Below, piece after piece: positions 44,834 to 54,847 of a stretch of 64,000 nucleotides of DNA. The notes beneath the pieces were generated by a model. That model was not told the origin of the DNA and did no database searches. It saw only the letters and a list, made by a program, of their open reading frames with translations. The position numbers were made by a program, and so were the translations under genes. The stretch covers positions 962,341-1,026,340 of the forward strand of contig JAFLVM010000001.1 of NCBI GenBank assembly GCA_022508305.1, in the 5' to 3' direction. This stretch comes from Clostridiales bacterium. GTDB lineage: Bacteria; Bacillota; Clostridia; Christensenellales; CAG-314. Position 1 is the first letter of the stretch. Every line of letters starts with the position of its first letter.

Positions 44834-45502
44834 TCACTTCGTGTGCAAACACAGTTCGATGAGCTTGCCTGAGATTTTGGCTTGGCGCAGGATGTCGGGT
44901 GTTACGCGCTCGCCCAGCTTTACCATCACCTCGCCTTGGAAGTTAGTAATGGTTTTGTCCGTCACCTTGCCTATTAGGAAGGAAAAGTCGCCGTATTTGC
45001 GATTTTGACGCCAGCGCGCGCTCGTTGCCTGTTTTACGTTCACAATCACGTCGGTTTGCTCGCGTACAGTGGTGGTGTCAGCTTGTTCCACGGTTTTGGG
45101 CTTCTTCGGGCGTGGTGGCGCAGGAACGCGAATGATCAACGCGTCCTTGACGGCGGCAATTTTGCTTCTGCGGTATTCCGTCTCGTCCTCCAAATAAATC
45201 TTGAACAGCTTTAGGGTGTTGCCGAATTCTACGTCCGACGCCCTTCCGAGAAATTTGCCGGTGTTTTCGTAGACAACCTTGTTTACAATTGTTTCGCCGA
45301 GTTCGGTTGCGGTTGCCGCAATAACGTTCATGGTGTCGCCGTCGGTGGATACGATTTTGTCCGCGGTGAATGCGCCACTGTCCGTTACCAACGCGCACTT
45401 GCCGCTTGGCTTGTCCCAAATAATATCGGTTATCGAACCCAACTCCTGTAACGTGTCCGTATCAATCAACTTTATGCCAATAATCTCGCTAATCTTGTAC
45501 AT
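44834..45502 (-). CDS. PRC-barrel-like domain protein (YlmC/YmxH-related), unknown function
   Basis: 222 aa. The N-terminal ISEIIGIKLIDTDTLQELGSITDIIWD pattern is PRC-barrel-like. Pro/Lys linker. Confidence 0.45.
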   Translation of the reverse strand: MYKISEIIGIKLIDTDTLQELGSITDIIWDKPSGKCALVTDSGAFTADKIVSTDGDTMNVIAATATELGETIVNKVVYENTGKFLGRASDVEFGNTLKLFKIYLEDETEYRRSKIAAVKDALIIRVPAPPRPKKPKTVEQADTTTVREQTDVIVNVKQATSARWRQNRKYGDFSFLIGKVTDKTITNFQGEVMVKLGERVTPDILRQAKISGKLIELCLHTK

Positions 45503-45739
45503 AGTCTTACTCCCATCTTTTCATTGCGCCGCTTTTTGTTGTGAAATTATTCAGTTACGATTGCAAAAAACAATCCTGCTTGATAAGATTGTATTGTTGC
45601 GATATTATCTTATGCTTGAAACGTTAGGGATTGAACAAAAATATGTTTTTAGACAAAAGTTGCGTTGTGAATTTTGCTTGCAAATTTGCTCACACTATTG
45701 TAAAATAAACTTACAAATACAAAACAAGGAGAACCATTC

Positions 45740-45922
45740 ATGATAACCAAGGATATGAAGATTGTAGAAGTTTTGCAAGTAAAGCCCGAGTCCGCCCAAG
45801 TTTTCGGCAGCTACGGTATGGGATGTATTCACTGCCTCATGGCTCACCAAGAAACGGTTGAAGAAGCGGCGGCAGCTCACGGCGTAGACGTTGAACAAAT
45901 GCTTGCAGAACTCAATGCATAA
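45740..45922 (+). CDS. DUF1858 / hybrid-cluster-protein-associated redox disulfide domain protein
   Basis: 60 aa. MITKDMKI.EVL...GMGCIHC...ETVEEAAAAHGVDVEQML matches that small family as I remember it. Confidence 0.65.
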   Translation: MITKDMKIVEVLQVKPESAQVFGSYGMGCIHCLMAHQETVEEAAAAHGVDVEQMLAELNA

Positions 45923-45937
45923 TTAACATTAACCCAA

Positions 45938-45968
45938 AATCCCGACCGTAATTCGGTCGGGATTTTTA
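45938..45968 (+). terminator. Rho-independent terminator
   Basis: aatcccgaccg-taat-tcggtcgggattttt. Confidence 0.8.
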
Positions 45969-46067
45969 TTTGTGATTTTTAAATTGATTTTGTCGGTGTG
46001 AATTAAAAAAGCGTACCCATATCAAGATTTTGCAGTATAAAAATGCGACATGGGGTTGAAAAACTCA

Positions 46068-46616
46068 TTATTTTACACCCCAGGTTGCAAGAAGGCTGTT
46101 TACGTCGGTAATTTCCGCACCGTAGGTTGTAACGAGATACTTCAGACCGTAGTCGTAGTCCTCTTGTGTAAAGCAGTCGGTTGCGTCCTTGGCAACTACG
46201 ACGTTGTAGCCAAGACAGTAAGCGTCGGCAGAGGTGTGGCGTACGCACATGTGAGTGTGCAGTCCCGTCATAATGACGGTGTCCACTCCAAGTTCCTTGA
46301 GAAGCAAATCAAGGTCGGTGTGGAAGAATCCGCTGTAACGGCGTTTGGGTACCACGTAGTCCTTGTCGCACAGATGCAGCTCGGGTATGACTTCCGCGCC
46401 TTTTGTTCCTGCGATTGCATGGTCGCCCCAAAGCTTAAGCTCGTGGTCTACGCCCTTTATGTGCGCGTCGTTGCAAAATATTACGGGAACTCCAGCCTTT
46501 CTTGCTCCGTCAAGCAGCTTTGCCGTTTGCGGAACGATAGCCAAGCCTCTGTCACATTTAAGCGCGCCTGTAACGAAGTCGTTTAACATATCTACTACAA
46601 GTATTGCTTGTTTCAT
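46068..46616 (-). CDS. Isochorismatase-family cysteine hydrolase (nicotinamidase-like)
   Basis: 182 aa. ILVVDMLNDF, KxxxxF region, GLHTHMCV catalytic Cys context. Confidence 0.75.
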   Translation of the reverse strand: MKQAILVVDMLNDFVTGALKCDRGLAIVPQTAKLLDGARKAGVPVIFCNDAHIKGVDHELKLWGDHAIAGTKGAEVIPELHLCDKDYVVPKRRYSGFFHTDLDLLLKELGVDTVIMTGLHTHMCVRHTSADAYCLGYNVVVAKDATDCFTQEDYDYGLKYLVTTYGAEITDVNSLLATWGVK

Positions 46617-46756
46617 TTTATTACCTCTTTTTGATTTTTTTGATTGGTTATAGTATACGCTTGCTTTTCGCTTATGTCAAACTGTGCGCGAGTTTTATAA
46701 TCAAAATTATTAAGATAACGTTCCAAATAATAGATTCGTACGGGACGGTTACTTTA

Positions 46757-46785
46757 TTGCAATCGTTTTACATCTGTGGTACAAT
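46757..46785 (+). promoter_or_regulatory. Promoter of the ABC operon (TTGCAA-17-TACAAT with TG extension)
   Basis: Hexamers at 46757-46762 and 46780-46785. They overlap the ORF-track ATG at 46776, which argues against that start. Confidence 0.55.
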
Positions 46786-46826
46786 ATTTTACGATGTCAA
46801 CAGGTGTCTGCCAAGGAGGTACGCTT

Positions 46827-47513
46827 TTGATTAGCATAGACAAAGTTTCCAAGAAATACAAAACGGGCGACGGCGAGTTTTACGCGCTTAACGACGTTAC
46901 TCTCAATATTGACAACGGCGAATTCGTTGCGATAGTGGGCAAGTCGGGCAGTGGCAAATCAACTCTACTCAACCTCATCGGTACGTTGGATTCGGTGACT
47001 GACGGAAACATTACGGTGGACGGTCAGGACGTGACCAAGCTGGACGATAAAGCTCTTGCGCTGTTCAGAAATCGTAACTTGGGGTTCGTTTTTCAAAGCT
47101 TTTACCTCGAACCTGAGTACACCGTATACGAAAATGTCGAGCTGCCATTGATACTTGCAGGGCGTTTTGGCAAAGCAAACGCCGAAAGGGTCAACGAGGT
47201 GCTGAGATTAGTCGAACTGACGGACAAGGCGAAAAACAAAGCTAAAAACCTGTCAGGTGGCGAAAGTCAACGCGTGGCGATAGCGCGCGCCATTGTCAAC
47301 AACCCCGACATAATCCTTGCCGACGAACCGTGCGGCAATCTCGACACCGCAAACAGTGAAAATATTATGCACATTTTCAAAACGCTGCACGCGCAGGGCA
47401 AAACGGTAGTTATGGTAACGCATGACAGCGAGGAAGCGCAGGTGGCGAGCCGAATCGTAACCATTTCAGACGGGCATATAGTAAGTGACGAACGAAATCC
47501 GTCGTCGAAATAG
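46827..47513 (+). CDS. ABC transporter ATP-binding protein (MacB/LolD/FtsE-like)
   Basis: GKSGSGKST, LSGGESQRVAIARA, ILADEP. TTG start at 46827, 7 nt after GGAGG. Confidence 0.85.
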   Translation: MISIDKVSKKYKTGDGEFYALNDVTLNIDNGEFVAIVGKSGSGKSTLLNLIGTLDSVTDGNITVDGQDVTKLDDKALALFRNRNLGFVFQSFYLEPEYTVYENVELPLILAGRFGKANAERVNEVLRLVELTDKAKNKAKNLSGGESQRVAIARAIVNNPDIILADEPCGNLDTANSENIMHIFKTLHAQGKTVVMVTHDSEEAQVASRIVTISDGHIVSDERNPSSK

Positions 47514-47516
47514 CAA

Positions 47517-48674
47517 GTGACTATTAGTTTTGTCAAAAAAACAATGAAAAAAGTTTGGTATCTAACAAAAAGCGAGTTTAAGCGTCTCAAAAAATCCTTT
47601 ATTATAATCGCCGTAATTCTCACTATATTTTTAGCGGCGCTTTTTGGCATAGTATCGGTAGAAACGGACATGATGCGCAACCTGTGCAATCATCTCGACA
47701 ACGTTTCCGACGACTTTTACGTTTCTGTAGAAAATGCCACTTTTGCCGACTTTGCCGTAGCGCGCGATTCGTTTTTGACAGCATTCGACTATCACAGCGA
47801 CATCGTAGGCGCAGACGGAACGGAGTTCAAATACAAGCAAACAATCGTTGACGACTACGGTATCGAACACAATTATTACAGTTACGGTCAGACGTGTTAC
47901 GTAAATGACGCAATGAAAAACAGTCTAAGCGCGTACGACGAGCGTCTCACGGGCAGATGGATGGAAAACGACTACGAAATTTGTCTGTCACGGTACGTAT
48001 ATGACAAACTCAACGCGCACTTGGGCGATGCCGTAACCATTGACGGCAGGTCTTTTACTGTGGTAGGCGTGTTCGATTGGGAAGACAACGACGATTTGTC
48101 AAATATGTTAGGATACACGTATTTTGCAACCATCGGCGACAACGTGGCGCACGAGAGGGTGATAGTAGAAGTGGAAAATTCTTCGCGTATGTTCGAATTG
48201 GTGCGTTATTTCCAAAGGCACGGATTGGAAGTATTCGATTTTAATTCTCAATGGATGTACGACAATATCACCGAAGTGCAGGCAGCTTTGACCGCGGTGG
48301 TAGCAGTGCTTTGTATAGTAATAACCGTTACGTTGTATTCGCTCATATCAATGATTTTCAGACAGCGTAAAACGCACATTTGCAGACTCAAAATTTTGGG
48401 CGCGACAAACGGTGACGTTGTCGCAGTGTATTGTGGAATAATCGTTGCGTTGCTCTTGTGCGTGGTAATCGTTGCAACGGCATTGGGCATTGCCTTTAAC
48501 GTGTATTTTATGGACCTGTGCGAGCAGCTTTTAGAGTTTACCTTTACCGCTCGGTTCAACGTGTACGCGCCGTTCGTTGCGTTTGGCGCATTCTGCGGCG
48601 TGACGTACCTGCTGTGGCTCATTGTCAATCGCAAAACGAAAGCCTCTTTGGCGGAGGAGATTCGGTATGAGTAA
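47517..48674 (+). CDS. ABC transporter permease (FtsX-like)
   Basis: 385 aa. N-terminal TM, large extracytoplasmic loop, three C-terminal TM helices. Confidence 0.7.
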   Translation: MTISFVKKTMKKVWYLTKSEFKRLKKSFIIIAVILTIFLAALFGIVSVETDMMRNLCNHLDNVSDDFYVSVENATFADFAVARDSFLTAFDYHSDIVGADGTEFKYKQTIVDDYGIEHNYYSYGQTCYVNDAMKNSLSAYDERLTGRWMENDYEICLSRYVYDKLNAHLGDAVTIDGRSFTVVGVFDWEDNDDLSNMLGYTYFATIGDNVAHERVIVEVENSSRMFELVRYFQRHGLEVFDFNSQWMYDNITEVQAALTAVVAVLCIVITVTLYSLISMIFRQRKTHICRLKILGATNGDVVAVYCGIIVALLLCVVIVATALGIAFNVYFMDLCEQLLEFTFTARFNVYAPFVAFGAFCGVTYLLWLIVNRKTKASLAEEIRYE

Positions 48675-49947
48675 CGCAAAACAGCTTGCCGTATTATCGA
48701 CGAAAAATCTCAACAGTCACAGGTGGTTGTACGCCAAAATGGCGATTGCATTTGCGGTGTTGGTGTTTTTGGTGTGTCTGTTCTCCACCTTTGCCATTTC
48801 GTTAAACGTCAAACAAAACGATTTGAAAAATGCTTCAATGTCGCAAAACTACGCGGTAACGAATGAGCCTGTCGAAAACTTGTCCAACGTCACGCAAACG
48901 CTCAACATGACCAACTACGGCTTTGCCGGGCAAATGTGGGATTGGACAAACAAGTATACGAATTATTTGTGTGCGCGCTGGCTAAGCGTCGAGTTGGACG
49001 GGCAAGCGTACGACGTTGTCGACGACTCCCGTTATGAAGAAATTCAGCTGTTGTCAGGCGACAAGTTTTGGACGGATAACGACGTGGCAGAAAGCAAAAT
49101 AAAGTTTGGCGTTGACGGCTTTGTCAAGGGAAATATGCCTCAAAATGGCAACGAGGCGTTGGTTAGCGAATTGATGCTACGTTGGTACGGAATTTCCGCT
49201 GACGGCGTAATGGGCAAAACTTTGCGCCTGCTTGTAAAAAACGAAGAAAACACCGTAGTGGTTGATTACGTCACGATTTGCGGAGTAATTTCCGAACGCT
49301 TCTACCAACTGGAAGGACACGAGTGTTACGGTTTCTATTGGGTTGCTCCGTCGCTGTGGTTGGGCGGCGGCGATGCGGTCAACACCGAAGGCGTAGTGGA
49401 AGATTGGTACGTTTACGCCTTTGAACGCTGGCTTACGCAAGAGCAAATAGACTTGCTGGACGAATATGAAGGTTATTACGTCGGCTACAGTGTCGTTGAA
49501 GATATGCGAGTGGTGGAAAGCTTGCAATCGGTAACACTCAAGCTGTTCTTAGTCGTGGGCTTGGCGTTGGGTATCACGCTTGTCTTGATGATTTTTCTTA
49601 TGATGGACAAGTTTATTGGCGTATTCAGTCGAGACGGCGGCATACTGCTATCTTGCGGCATGGAGTGGCGGCGTGTAAAAGCGTTGCTGCTGTGCTTGCT
49701 ACTGTGGGTGTGCCTGTTTGCCGTGCTTATTGCGGCGGCGTTGACTGCGGGTAGCTATTTTGCCATACGTTATTTGATTTATAGTTACTACGACATTGAA
49801 ATTACCGTAACGTTTGCTACGATCTCGACGTTGTTTGCAATTGGCGTGGCAACCGTGCTCGTGATTGCATTGGGTTACTATCTATACGCAGTGACCAAAT
49901 TGAAGCGTTGCACAATCAAGGACTTTTTGAATACCCACGTAAACTAA
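48667..49947 (+). CDS. Second FtsX-like ABC permease
   Basis: Same topology. ATG at 48667 overlaps the upstream stop (ATGA). Confidence 0.7.
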   Translation: MSNAKQLAVLSTKNLNSHRWLYAKMAIAFAVLVFLVCLFSTFAISLNVKQNDLKNASMSQNYAVTNEPVENLSNVTQTLNMTNYGFAGQMWDWTNKYTNYLCARWLSVELDGQAYDVVDDSRYEEIQLLSGDKFWTDNDVAESKIKFGVDGFVKGNMPQNGNEALVSELMLRWYGISADGVMGKTLRLLVKNEENTVVVDYVTICGVISERFYQLEGHECYGFYWVAPSLWLGGGDAVNTEGVVEDWYVYAFERWLTQEQIDLLDEYEGYYVGYSVVEDMRVVESLQSVTLKLFLVVGLALGITLVLMIFLMMDKFIGVFSRDGGILLSCGMEWRRVKALLLCLLLWVCLFAVLIAAALTAGSYFAIRYLIYSYYDIEITVTFATISTLFAIGVATVLVIALGYYLYAVTKLKRCTIKDFLNTHVN

Positions 49948-50069
49948 TTCGACGAATTTTGCCGTTGCGTTTCGAAAACAAAAGTGCTACAATGCATTTA
50001 GTAGAGGCTCAAAATAAACAATCAATTAATAGTTTGCTGCAAGAAAATAAACGAAAAAGGAGTTACAAT

Positions 50070-50627
50070 ATGCGTAAAAATTTCGGTAAAAAGAGTTGGG
50101 TGTTTCCATGCCCCGTGTTAATCATTGGAACGTACGACGAAAAGGGCAATCCCGATGCCATGAATGCGGCATGGGGTGGAATTTACGACACAAATCAGGT
50201 TATGCTGTGTCTTTCCGACGACCACAGAACGGCGAAAAACATTCGCTTGAAAAAGGCGTTTACCGTCAGTTTTGCGGATGCCAAACACGTGGTGGAAGCA
50301 GACTACGTTGGTATAGTTTCCGCAAACGACGTTCCCGACAAACTTCAACGGGCTAATCTCAAAACGGTCAAGAGCGAGTTGGTTGACGCGCCGTTGCTTG
50401 TTGACTTCCCCTTGGCGATTGAATGCGAACTTGACCACGTCAACGAGGACGGCATCATCGTCGGTAACATATTGAACGTCAGCGCAGACGAAAGCGTACT
50501 GGACGGCAAGGGCAACGTAGACATCGGCAAGGCGGGCATTATTTCCTACAATTCCGCTGCTCACGACTACCGTGTGCTTGGCGAAAAGGTGGGCAACGCT
50601 TTCTCCGACGGCAAAAAGATTAAGTAG
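50070..50627 (+). CDS. Flavin reductase-like (FMN-binding split-barrel) protein
   Basis: MRKNFGKKSWVFPCPVLIIGTYDEKGNPDAMNAAWGG. ATG at 50070 with an AAAGGAG RBS. The upstream extension from 49908 is unlikely. Confidence 0.7.
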   Translation: MRKNFGKKSWVFPCPVLIIGTYDEKGNPDAMNAAWGGIYDTNQVMLCLSDDHRTAKNIRLKKAFTVSFADAKHVVEADYVGIVSANDVPDKLQRANLKTVKSELVDAPLLVDFPLAIECELDHVNEDGIIVGNILNVSADESVLDGKGNVDIGKAGIISYNSAAHDYRVLGEKVGNAFSDGKKIK

Positions 50628-50678
50628 GGTAAAGAACGTAACGATATAAAAAGTCAGCAAATTGGACAATCAAATTTG

Positions 50679-50707
50679 TTGACTTTTGTTTTTGGCTGCT
50701 GTATAAT
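50679..50707 (+). promoter_or_regulatory. tRNA-Arg promoter (TTGACT-17-TATAAT)
   Basis: Hexamers at 50679-50684 and 50702-50707. Confidence 0.6.
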
Positions 50708-50726
50708 GATTGAGCAAAATGAATAT

Positions 50727-50803
50727 GCGCCCTTAGCTCAATTGGATAGAGCGTTGGTCTACGGAACCAAAGGTTAGGGATTCGAGCTCCTTAGGGCGCG
50801 CCA
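50727..50803 (+). tRNA. tRNA-Arg (ACG)
   Basis: GCGCCCTTAGCTCAATTGGATAGAGC, anticodon loop CTACGGA, GGGATTCGAGCTCC, AGGGCGCGCCA. Confidence 0.9.
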
Positions 50804-50922
50804 AAAAACTCGTACTTGTCAAAAGACAAATACGAGTTTTTTGATTGTGTATATTTATTTGGTATTAGTTGCCGATTGCTTAGTGACTTAAAATTCGAGC
50901 TTTGCAATTTTCCAAAGGCTTA

Positions 50923-52449
50923 TTATTTTTCTTCACTTTCTTCAGCGGGAGTTTCTTCGGCAGTCGTTGCGCTTACGGCTGCTGCGAGTTCCATTTGTTC
51001 GGTTGCAACTTCTGCGCTACTTGTTGCTTCCTCTTTGGCAATGGTTTTCATGACTTTCTTTTCGTTGTAGAACATCAATATGATTGCACCCAGTATGCAG
51101 AATGCAACTGCTACTGCGCCAACGATTGTCATTCCCAAAGTGTCAGCGGTGATGTCGTTACTGGTGAGGTCTTGTTCGCCGCTACCTATAATTGCAAGTG
51201 AAGTGAACAGCAGCATTGCAAGAGATTGTCCGAATTTCATAGCAAACGTACGCGCTGCAAAGTACATACCCTCGCGGTTTTCGCCTGTTACTACGCCGTC
51301 AGCTTCGGCAACGTCGGCAACGATTGATTGCGGAATGATTCCAAGCAGAGCCATGGGGAATGCTGCGATAACGCAAATAAGTACGCCGAACACAACGCCG
51401 GGTATTTTACCTATGCCGAGCAAGCCGGGGTTTTCTGCCGTTCCCAAAACGCCGATTAGCATTGCAATTACGTAAGCAAGCGCCAATCCGAAGAAGCCCG
51501 CTATTGTCAGCTTCTTTTTGCCGAACTTCTTAACGAGCTTTGAAACGATTGGGTAGAATGCCGCAGATAGCACGGTCATGCCGCCAAGGAAGTACATGGT
51601 GAAGGATTCATCAATGTTCATTGAAACCTTGACGAAGAAGGGCAGACCCGTTTGGAAGAGGGTAAGACCTACCCAATACATGATGTCCGAACCTGAGAAG
51701 GTGAGGAAATCCTTGTTTTTGAAGGTTGCGGCAAGCGATTTGAACATATTTGCGTTGGAGGGAGCCGCGTCTACGAAATCTTTTTCCTTCAAGAGGAACG
51801 TGGGTAGCATCATGCAAACAGCTGCGATAACCGCCAGTACGATGAAGCAGATACGGTAGCTCCAGGAGAATCCTACGCTTTCGCGGAGCAATTTTGCAAA
51901 TACGAAAGGAGTGTAGGCAAGCAACGTTCCGACGAAGTAGGTCAGTGAAATTGCCGTCGAGATGAACATACGGTCGTCCTGCGTTTTGCCGAACTCGGAA
52001 ATGAGCGCGTTGTAGGGCGTGCAGTACATTGTCATGAAGAAGTAGAACAGTATGATGAAAATGGAAACCCAAGCAATATTCCAACCGCTAATGTCATTTA
52101 CGGGCGCGCAGAACAGCACCACGGTAACGATAGCAAGCGGGATTGCGGCGTATTGCATGAAGGGAATACGGCGTCCGCGTCTGTTCTTGCTACGGTCGGA
52201 CAGTGACGCAATCAACGGGTCGGTTACTGCGTCGAACACACGGCTCAATGCGGTTATCAATCCCAACACGGTCAGGAAACCTCCGATAACCAGTCCGGGC
52301 ACCAAAAATTGCTGAGCGCCAACGGCTATATCGTCCGACGTGGGCAGATAGAAGGTGACAAGCCAAGCGCTGATAATGCCGCTTAGCGTTGACCAACCGA
52401 GCTGACCGATGGCGAAAATAATCATTTGCTTTTTAGTTAGTCTTTTCAT
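50923..52449 (-). CDS. MFS transporter, GPH/MFS_2 type (third paralogue)
   Basis: 508 aa. DAVTDPLIASLSDRSKNRRGRRIP signature, 12 TM helices, acidic C-terminal tail. Confidence 0.75.
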   Translation of the reverse strand: MKRLTKKQMIIFAIGQLGWSTLSGIISAWLVTFYLPTSDDIAVGAQQFLVPGLVIGGFLTVLGLITALSRVFDAVTDPLIASLSDRSKNRRGRRIPFMQYAAIPLAIVTVVLFCAPVNDISGWNIAWVSIFIILFYFFMTMYCTPYNALISEFGKTQDDRMFISTAISLTYFVGTLLAYTPFVFAKLLRESVGFSWSYRICFIVLAVIAAVCMMLPTFLLKEKDFVDAAPSNANMFKSLAATFKNKDFLTFSGSDIMYWVGLTLFQTGLPFFVKVSMNIDESFTMYFLGGMTVLSAAFYPIVSKLVKKFGKKKLTIAGFFGLALAYVIAMLIGVLGTAENPGLLGIGKIPGVVFGVLICVIAAFPMALLGIIPQSIVADVAEADGVVTGENREGMYFAARTFAMKFGQSLAMLLFTSLAIIGSGEQDLTSNDITADTLGMTIVGAVAVAFCILGAIILMFYNEKKVMKTIAKEEATSSAEVATEQMELAAAVSATTAEETPAEESEEK

Positions 52450-52647
52450 AGTTTCGTGAGCGCTTAGTCCAAAAAACGCTCATCCCCCTTATTTATAAAT
52501 ATATATTTATTGGACTTGCGGATTTAGAATAGCACAGTCAAATTCAATTTTCAATACCGTTTTTGCAAAAAACTATGAACATTGAAGACAATTTTTTTGC
52601 GTATGCCAACACTTGATTACTAAGGCGAAATGTGTTACAATATTTTT

Positions 52648-53217
52648 ATGAACGGATACGATTTCGACGACACCATATTCCGCGGTAACAGTACGCGCAG
52701 ATTTTTCTTTTTTTGCCTGCTACGTTTGCCCTATTTGGTGATAATGATTCCCGTAATAGTTGTGGCGGGGCTATTGCGCGGATTGAGGATTTTGAACAAA
52801 GACCAATTCCTGTACGCGCTGGAGTGGTACGTGGCTCTGCTGCCCAACGCCGAAAAGCTTGCCGCTAAGTTTTGGGACAAGAACATTAACCGCATAAAGC
52901 CTTGGTACCTTAAACAAAAGCGCAAAAGTGACGTTATCGTTTCCGCGTCGCCCAAGTTTCTGATTGAAGAGGCGTGTAAGCGGTTGGAGGTTAGGTGCAT
53001 CGCTACAAACCTTGACACTCGCGGTCGTCTGCACGGCAAACACTGCTACGGCGGGGAAAAAGTGGTGGCGTACAAATCGCGGTACAAAGAAAATTCCCTT
53101 CTCACCTACTACTCCGACAGTTTGTCCGACACGCCCATGTTGCGAATGGCTGAGTACGGTTACTTGGTCAAGGGCGACGAGATTACTTTGATTTACGAAC
53201 ACGGCACGAAATACTAA
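52648..53217 (+). CDS. HAD-superfamily (IB-like) hydrolase
   Basis: MNGYDFDDTIF (DxDxT), SASP motif II, YSDSLSDTPML motif IV. Confidence 0.7.
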   Translation: MNGYDFDDTIFRGNSTRRFFFFCLLRLPYLVIMIPVIVVAGLLRGLRILNKDQFLYALEWYVALLPNAEKLAAKFWDKNINRIKPWYLKQKRKSDVIVSASPKFLIEEACKRLEVRCIATNLDTRGRLHGKHCYGGEKVVAYKSRYKENSLLTYYSDSLSDTPMLRMAEYGYLVKGDEITLIYEHGTKY

Positions 53218-53302
53218 AATAGACTAATAAAAAATCCCCTTTGGTTGCAACTTTTGACGTCGCATAAAAGGGGAGTTTTTTTTAATTTATTCGTGGGGTT
53301 GA

Positions 53303-54142
53303 TTACCGATTAAAGTCCGCAGGGGATGTGACGACAACTTGTTCTCCCGTGTAGGGGTGGGTGAAGGTCAGGCGTTCACAGTGGAGCATAATTCGCTCGG
53401 CGGGAGATGCTCCGTACAGCGTATCGCCTACTATTGGGTGACCGATAGCGGCAAGGTGCGCGCGTATTTGATGAGTGCGTCCTGTGAGGGGCGTAACGGT
53501 GAGCAAAGTGGTGTTTTCGTTGCGTTTTTTCACCCCATATCGCGTTTTTGACGGTTTTCCGCACTCTAAATCCACGACGGTTTTGTTTTCCGCGTCGATA
53601 CGCGCAAGAGGTAGGTCTATTTCGCCGTTTTCATTTTCCAAAACTCCTTCCACCAAGGCAATGTAAGTTTTGGCGATTTCGTGGCGTTGTTGCAGCGCGT
53701 TTAGCTTCTCTGCGGTCACTTCGTCCAGCGCGCCAAGCACCAAGCCGCTTGTTGTTTTGTCCAGTCGCGTGACAATTCTCAACCGGAAGTTTTCCCCGAA
53801 GCTTGCCGCAAGCATATTGCCGAAAGTGTCCGATTTGTGGGCTCTGTCGGGATGAATTGCCACCCCATATGGCTTTTTTGCTACGTACAGGTGCTCGTCA
53901 ACGAACAAAATTTCCGCAGGGATAGTCGCAACTAACGGAGACGATGGCCGCTGCTCCGTTTCCAACGTCAGTACGTCGCCCTCTTGCAAAACGTGTCTTA
54001 CCGTAACAGGCTCGTCGTTTACCGCTATCACTCCGCCGTACTTCAAACGCTTTGTTTGCGACGTGGAGTAGCCCTGTTCTGCAAGATACTGCTTAACAGT
54101 TACGCCTTGTTCCTTGTGTGTAATCTTTACGGTGAGTTTCAT
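53303..54142 (-). CDS. RluA-family pseudouridine synthase with S4-like N-domain
   Basis: VTRLDKTTSGL catalytic Asp motif, GRTHQIRAHL. Confidence 0.85.
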   Translation of the reverse strand: MKLTVKITHKEQGVTVKQYLAEQGYSTSQTKRLKYGGVIAVNDEPVTVRHVLQEGDVLTLETEQRPSSPLVATIPAEILFVDEHLYVAKKPYGVAIHPDRAHKSDTFGNMLAASFGENFRLRIVTRLDKTTSGLVLGALDEVTAEKLNALQQRHEIAKTYIALVEGVLENENGEIDLPLARIDAENKTVVDLECGKPSKTRYGVKKRNENTTLLTVTPLTGRTHQIRAHLAAIGHPIVGDTLYGASPAERIMLHCERLTFTHPYTGEQVVVTSPADFNR

Positions 54143-54307
54143 AGTTATATTTTACAATGATTTTGCAAAAAACACAAATTTATAATGGCATTTTCACCGT
54201 ATTTGCTAATGTTAGCGGTACTGTACATTTAACTATTGACACTGTTGGAGTAAGGGAGTAAAATATATCTTATTACTAAGCATACTCTGTACAAATGGAG
54301 ACGCGAT

Positions 54308-54844
54308 ATGAAATACTTTAACGTTGATTTGAACGGCTTAACTGCCAAACTACCCATTATCCCTCTTCCGAGCGGTGTAAACATTGCTTTTTTCAACCTG
54401 CACGGCGACGTGGAGTTGACTGAGCATTGCGGCAAAGAACTCGCAAAGCTACTTGGCGATTGCGACGTTTTGCTGACTGCGGAAAGCAAGGGGTTGCAGC
54501 TCACTCACGTAATTGCGCGTGAGCTTGGACACAAGTACTACGCAGTTGCGCGCAAGTCCAAAAAGCTGTACATGCAGGACGGCTTGGAGGTGGAAATAGA
54601 AAGCAGCATCACTACGGGCAATCCGCAAAAACTTTACATCTCGAAGCATGACGCCGACCTTATGCGCGGCAAAAAGGTGGGCATAATCGACGACGTAGTG
54701 AGTACGGGTCACAGCCTTGTCGGACTTGAGGAGTTGGTAAGGCTGTCCGGCGGAACGGTGTGTAAAAAAGCTTTTGTTCTTGCAGAGGGCGCGGCAGCCG
54801 AACGCAAAGATATTTGTTATCTGGGCGTAATACCTTTGCTGTAA
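54308..54844 (+). CDS. Type I phosphoribosyltransferase (adenine/xanthine PRT-like)
   Basis: PRPP-binding motif VGIIDDVVSTGHS. Confidence 0.7.
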   Translation: MKYFNVDLNGLTAKLPIIPLPSGVNIAFFNLHGDVELTEHCGKELAKLLGDCDVLLTAESKGLQLTHVIARELGHKYYAVARKSKKLYMQDGLEVEIESSITTGNPQKLYISKHDADLMRGKKVGIIDDVVSTGHSLVGLEELVRLSGGTVCKKAFVLAEGAAAERKDICYLGVIPLL

Positions 54845-54847
54845 ATT

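Noticed and set aside
46050-46586. 178-aa plus-strand ORF opposite the isochorismatase-like gene
   Set aside because: The minus-strand product carries recognisable isochorismatase/nicotinamidase motifs. The plus-strand product has none.
49908-50069. 54-aa N-terminal extension of the flavin reductase-like gene, overlapping the end of the FtsX gene
   Set aside because: There is no RBS. The extension is AT-rich and non-protein-like. A strong AAAGGAG RBS precedes the ATG at 50070.
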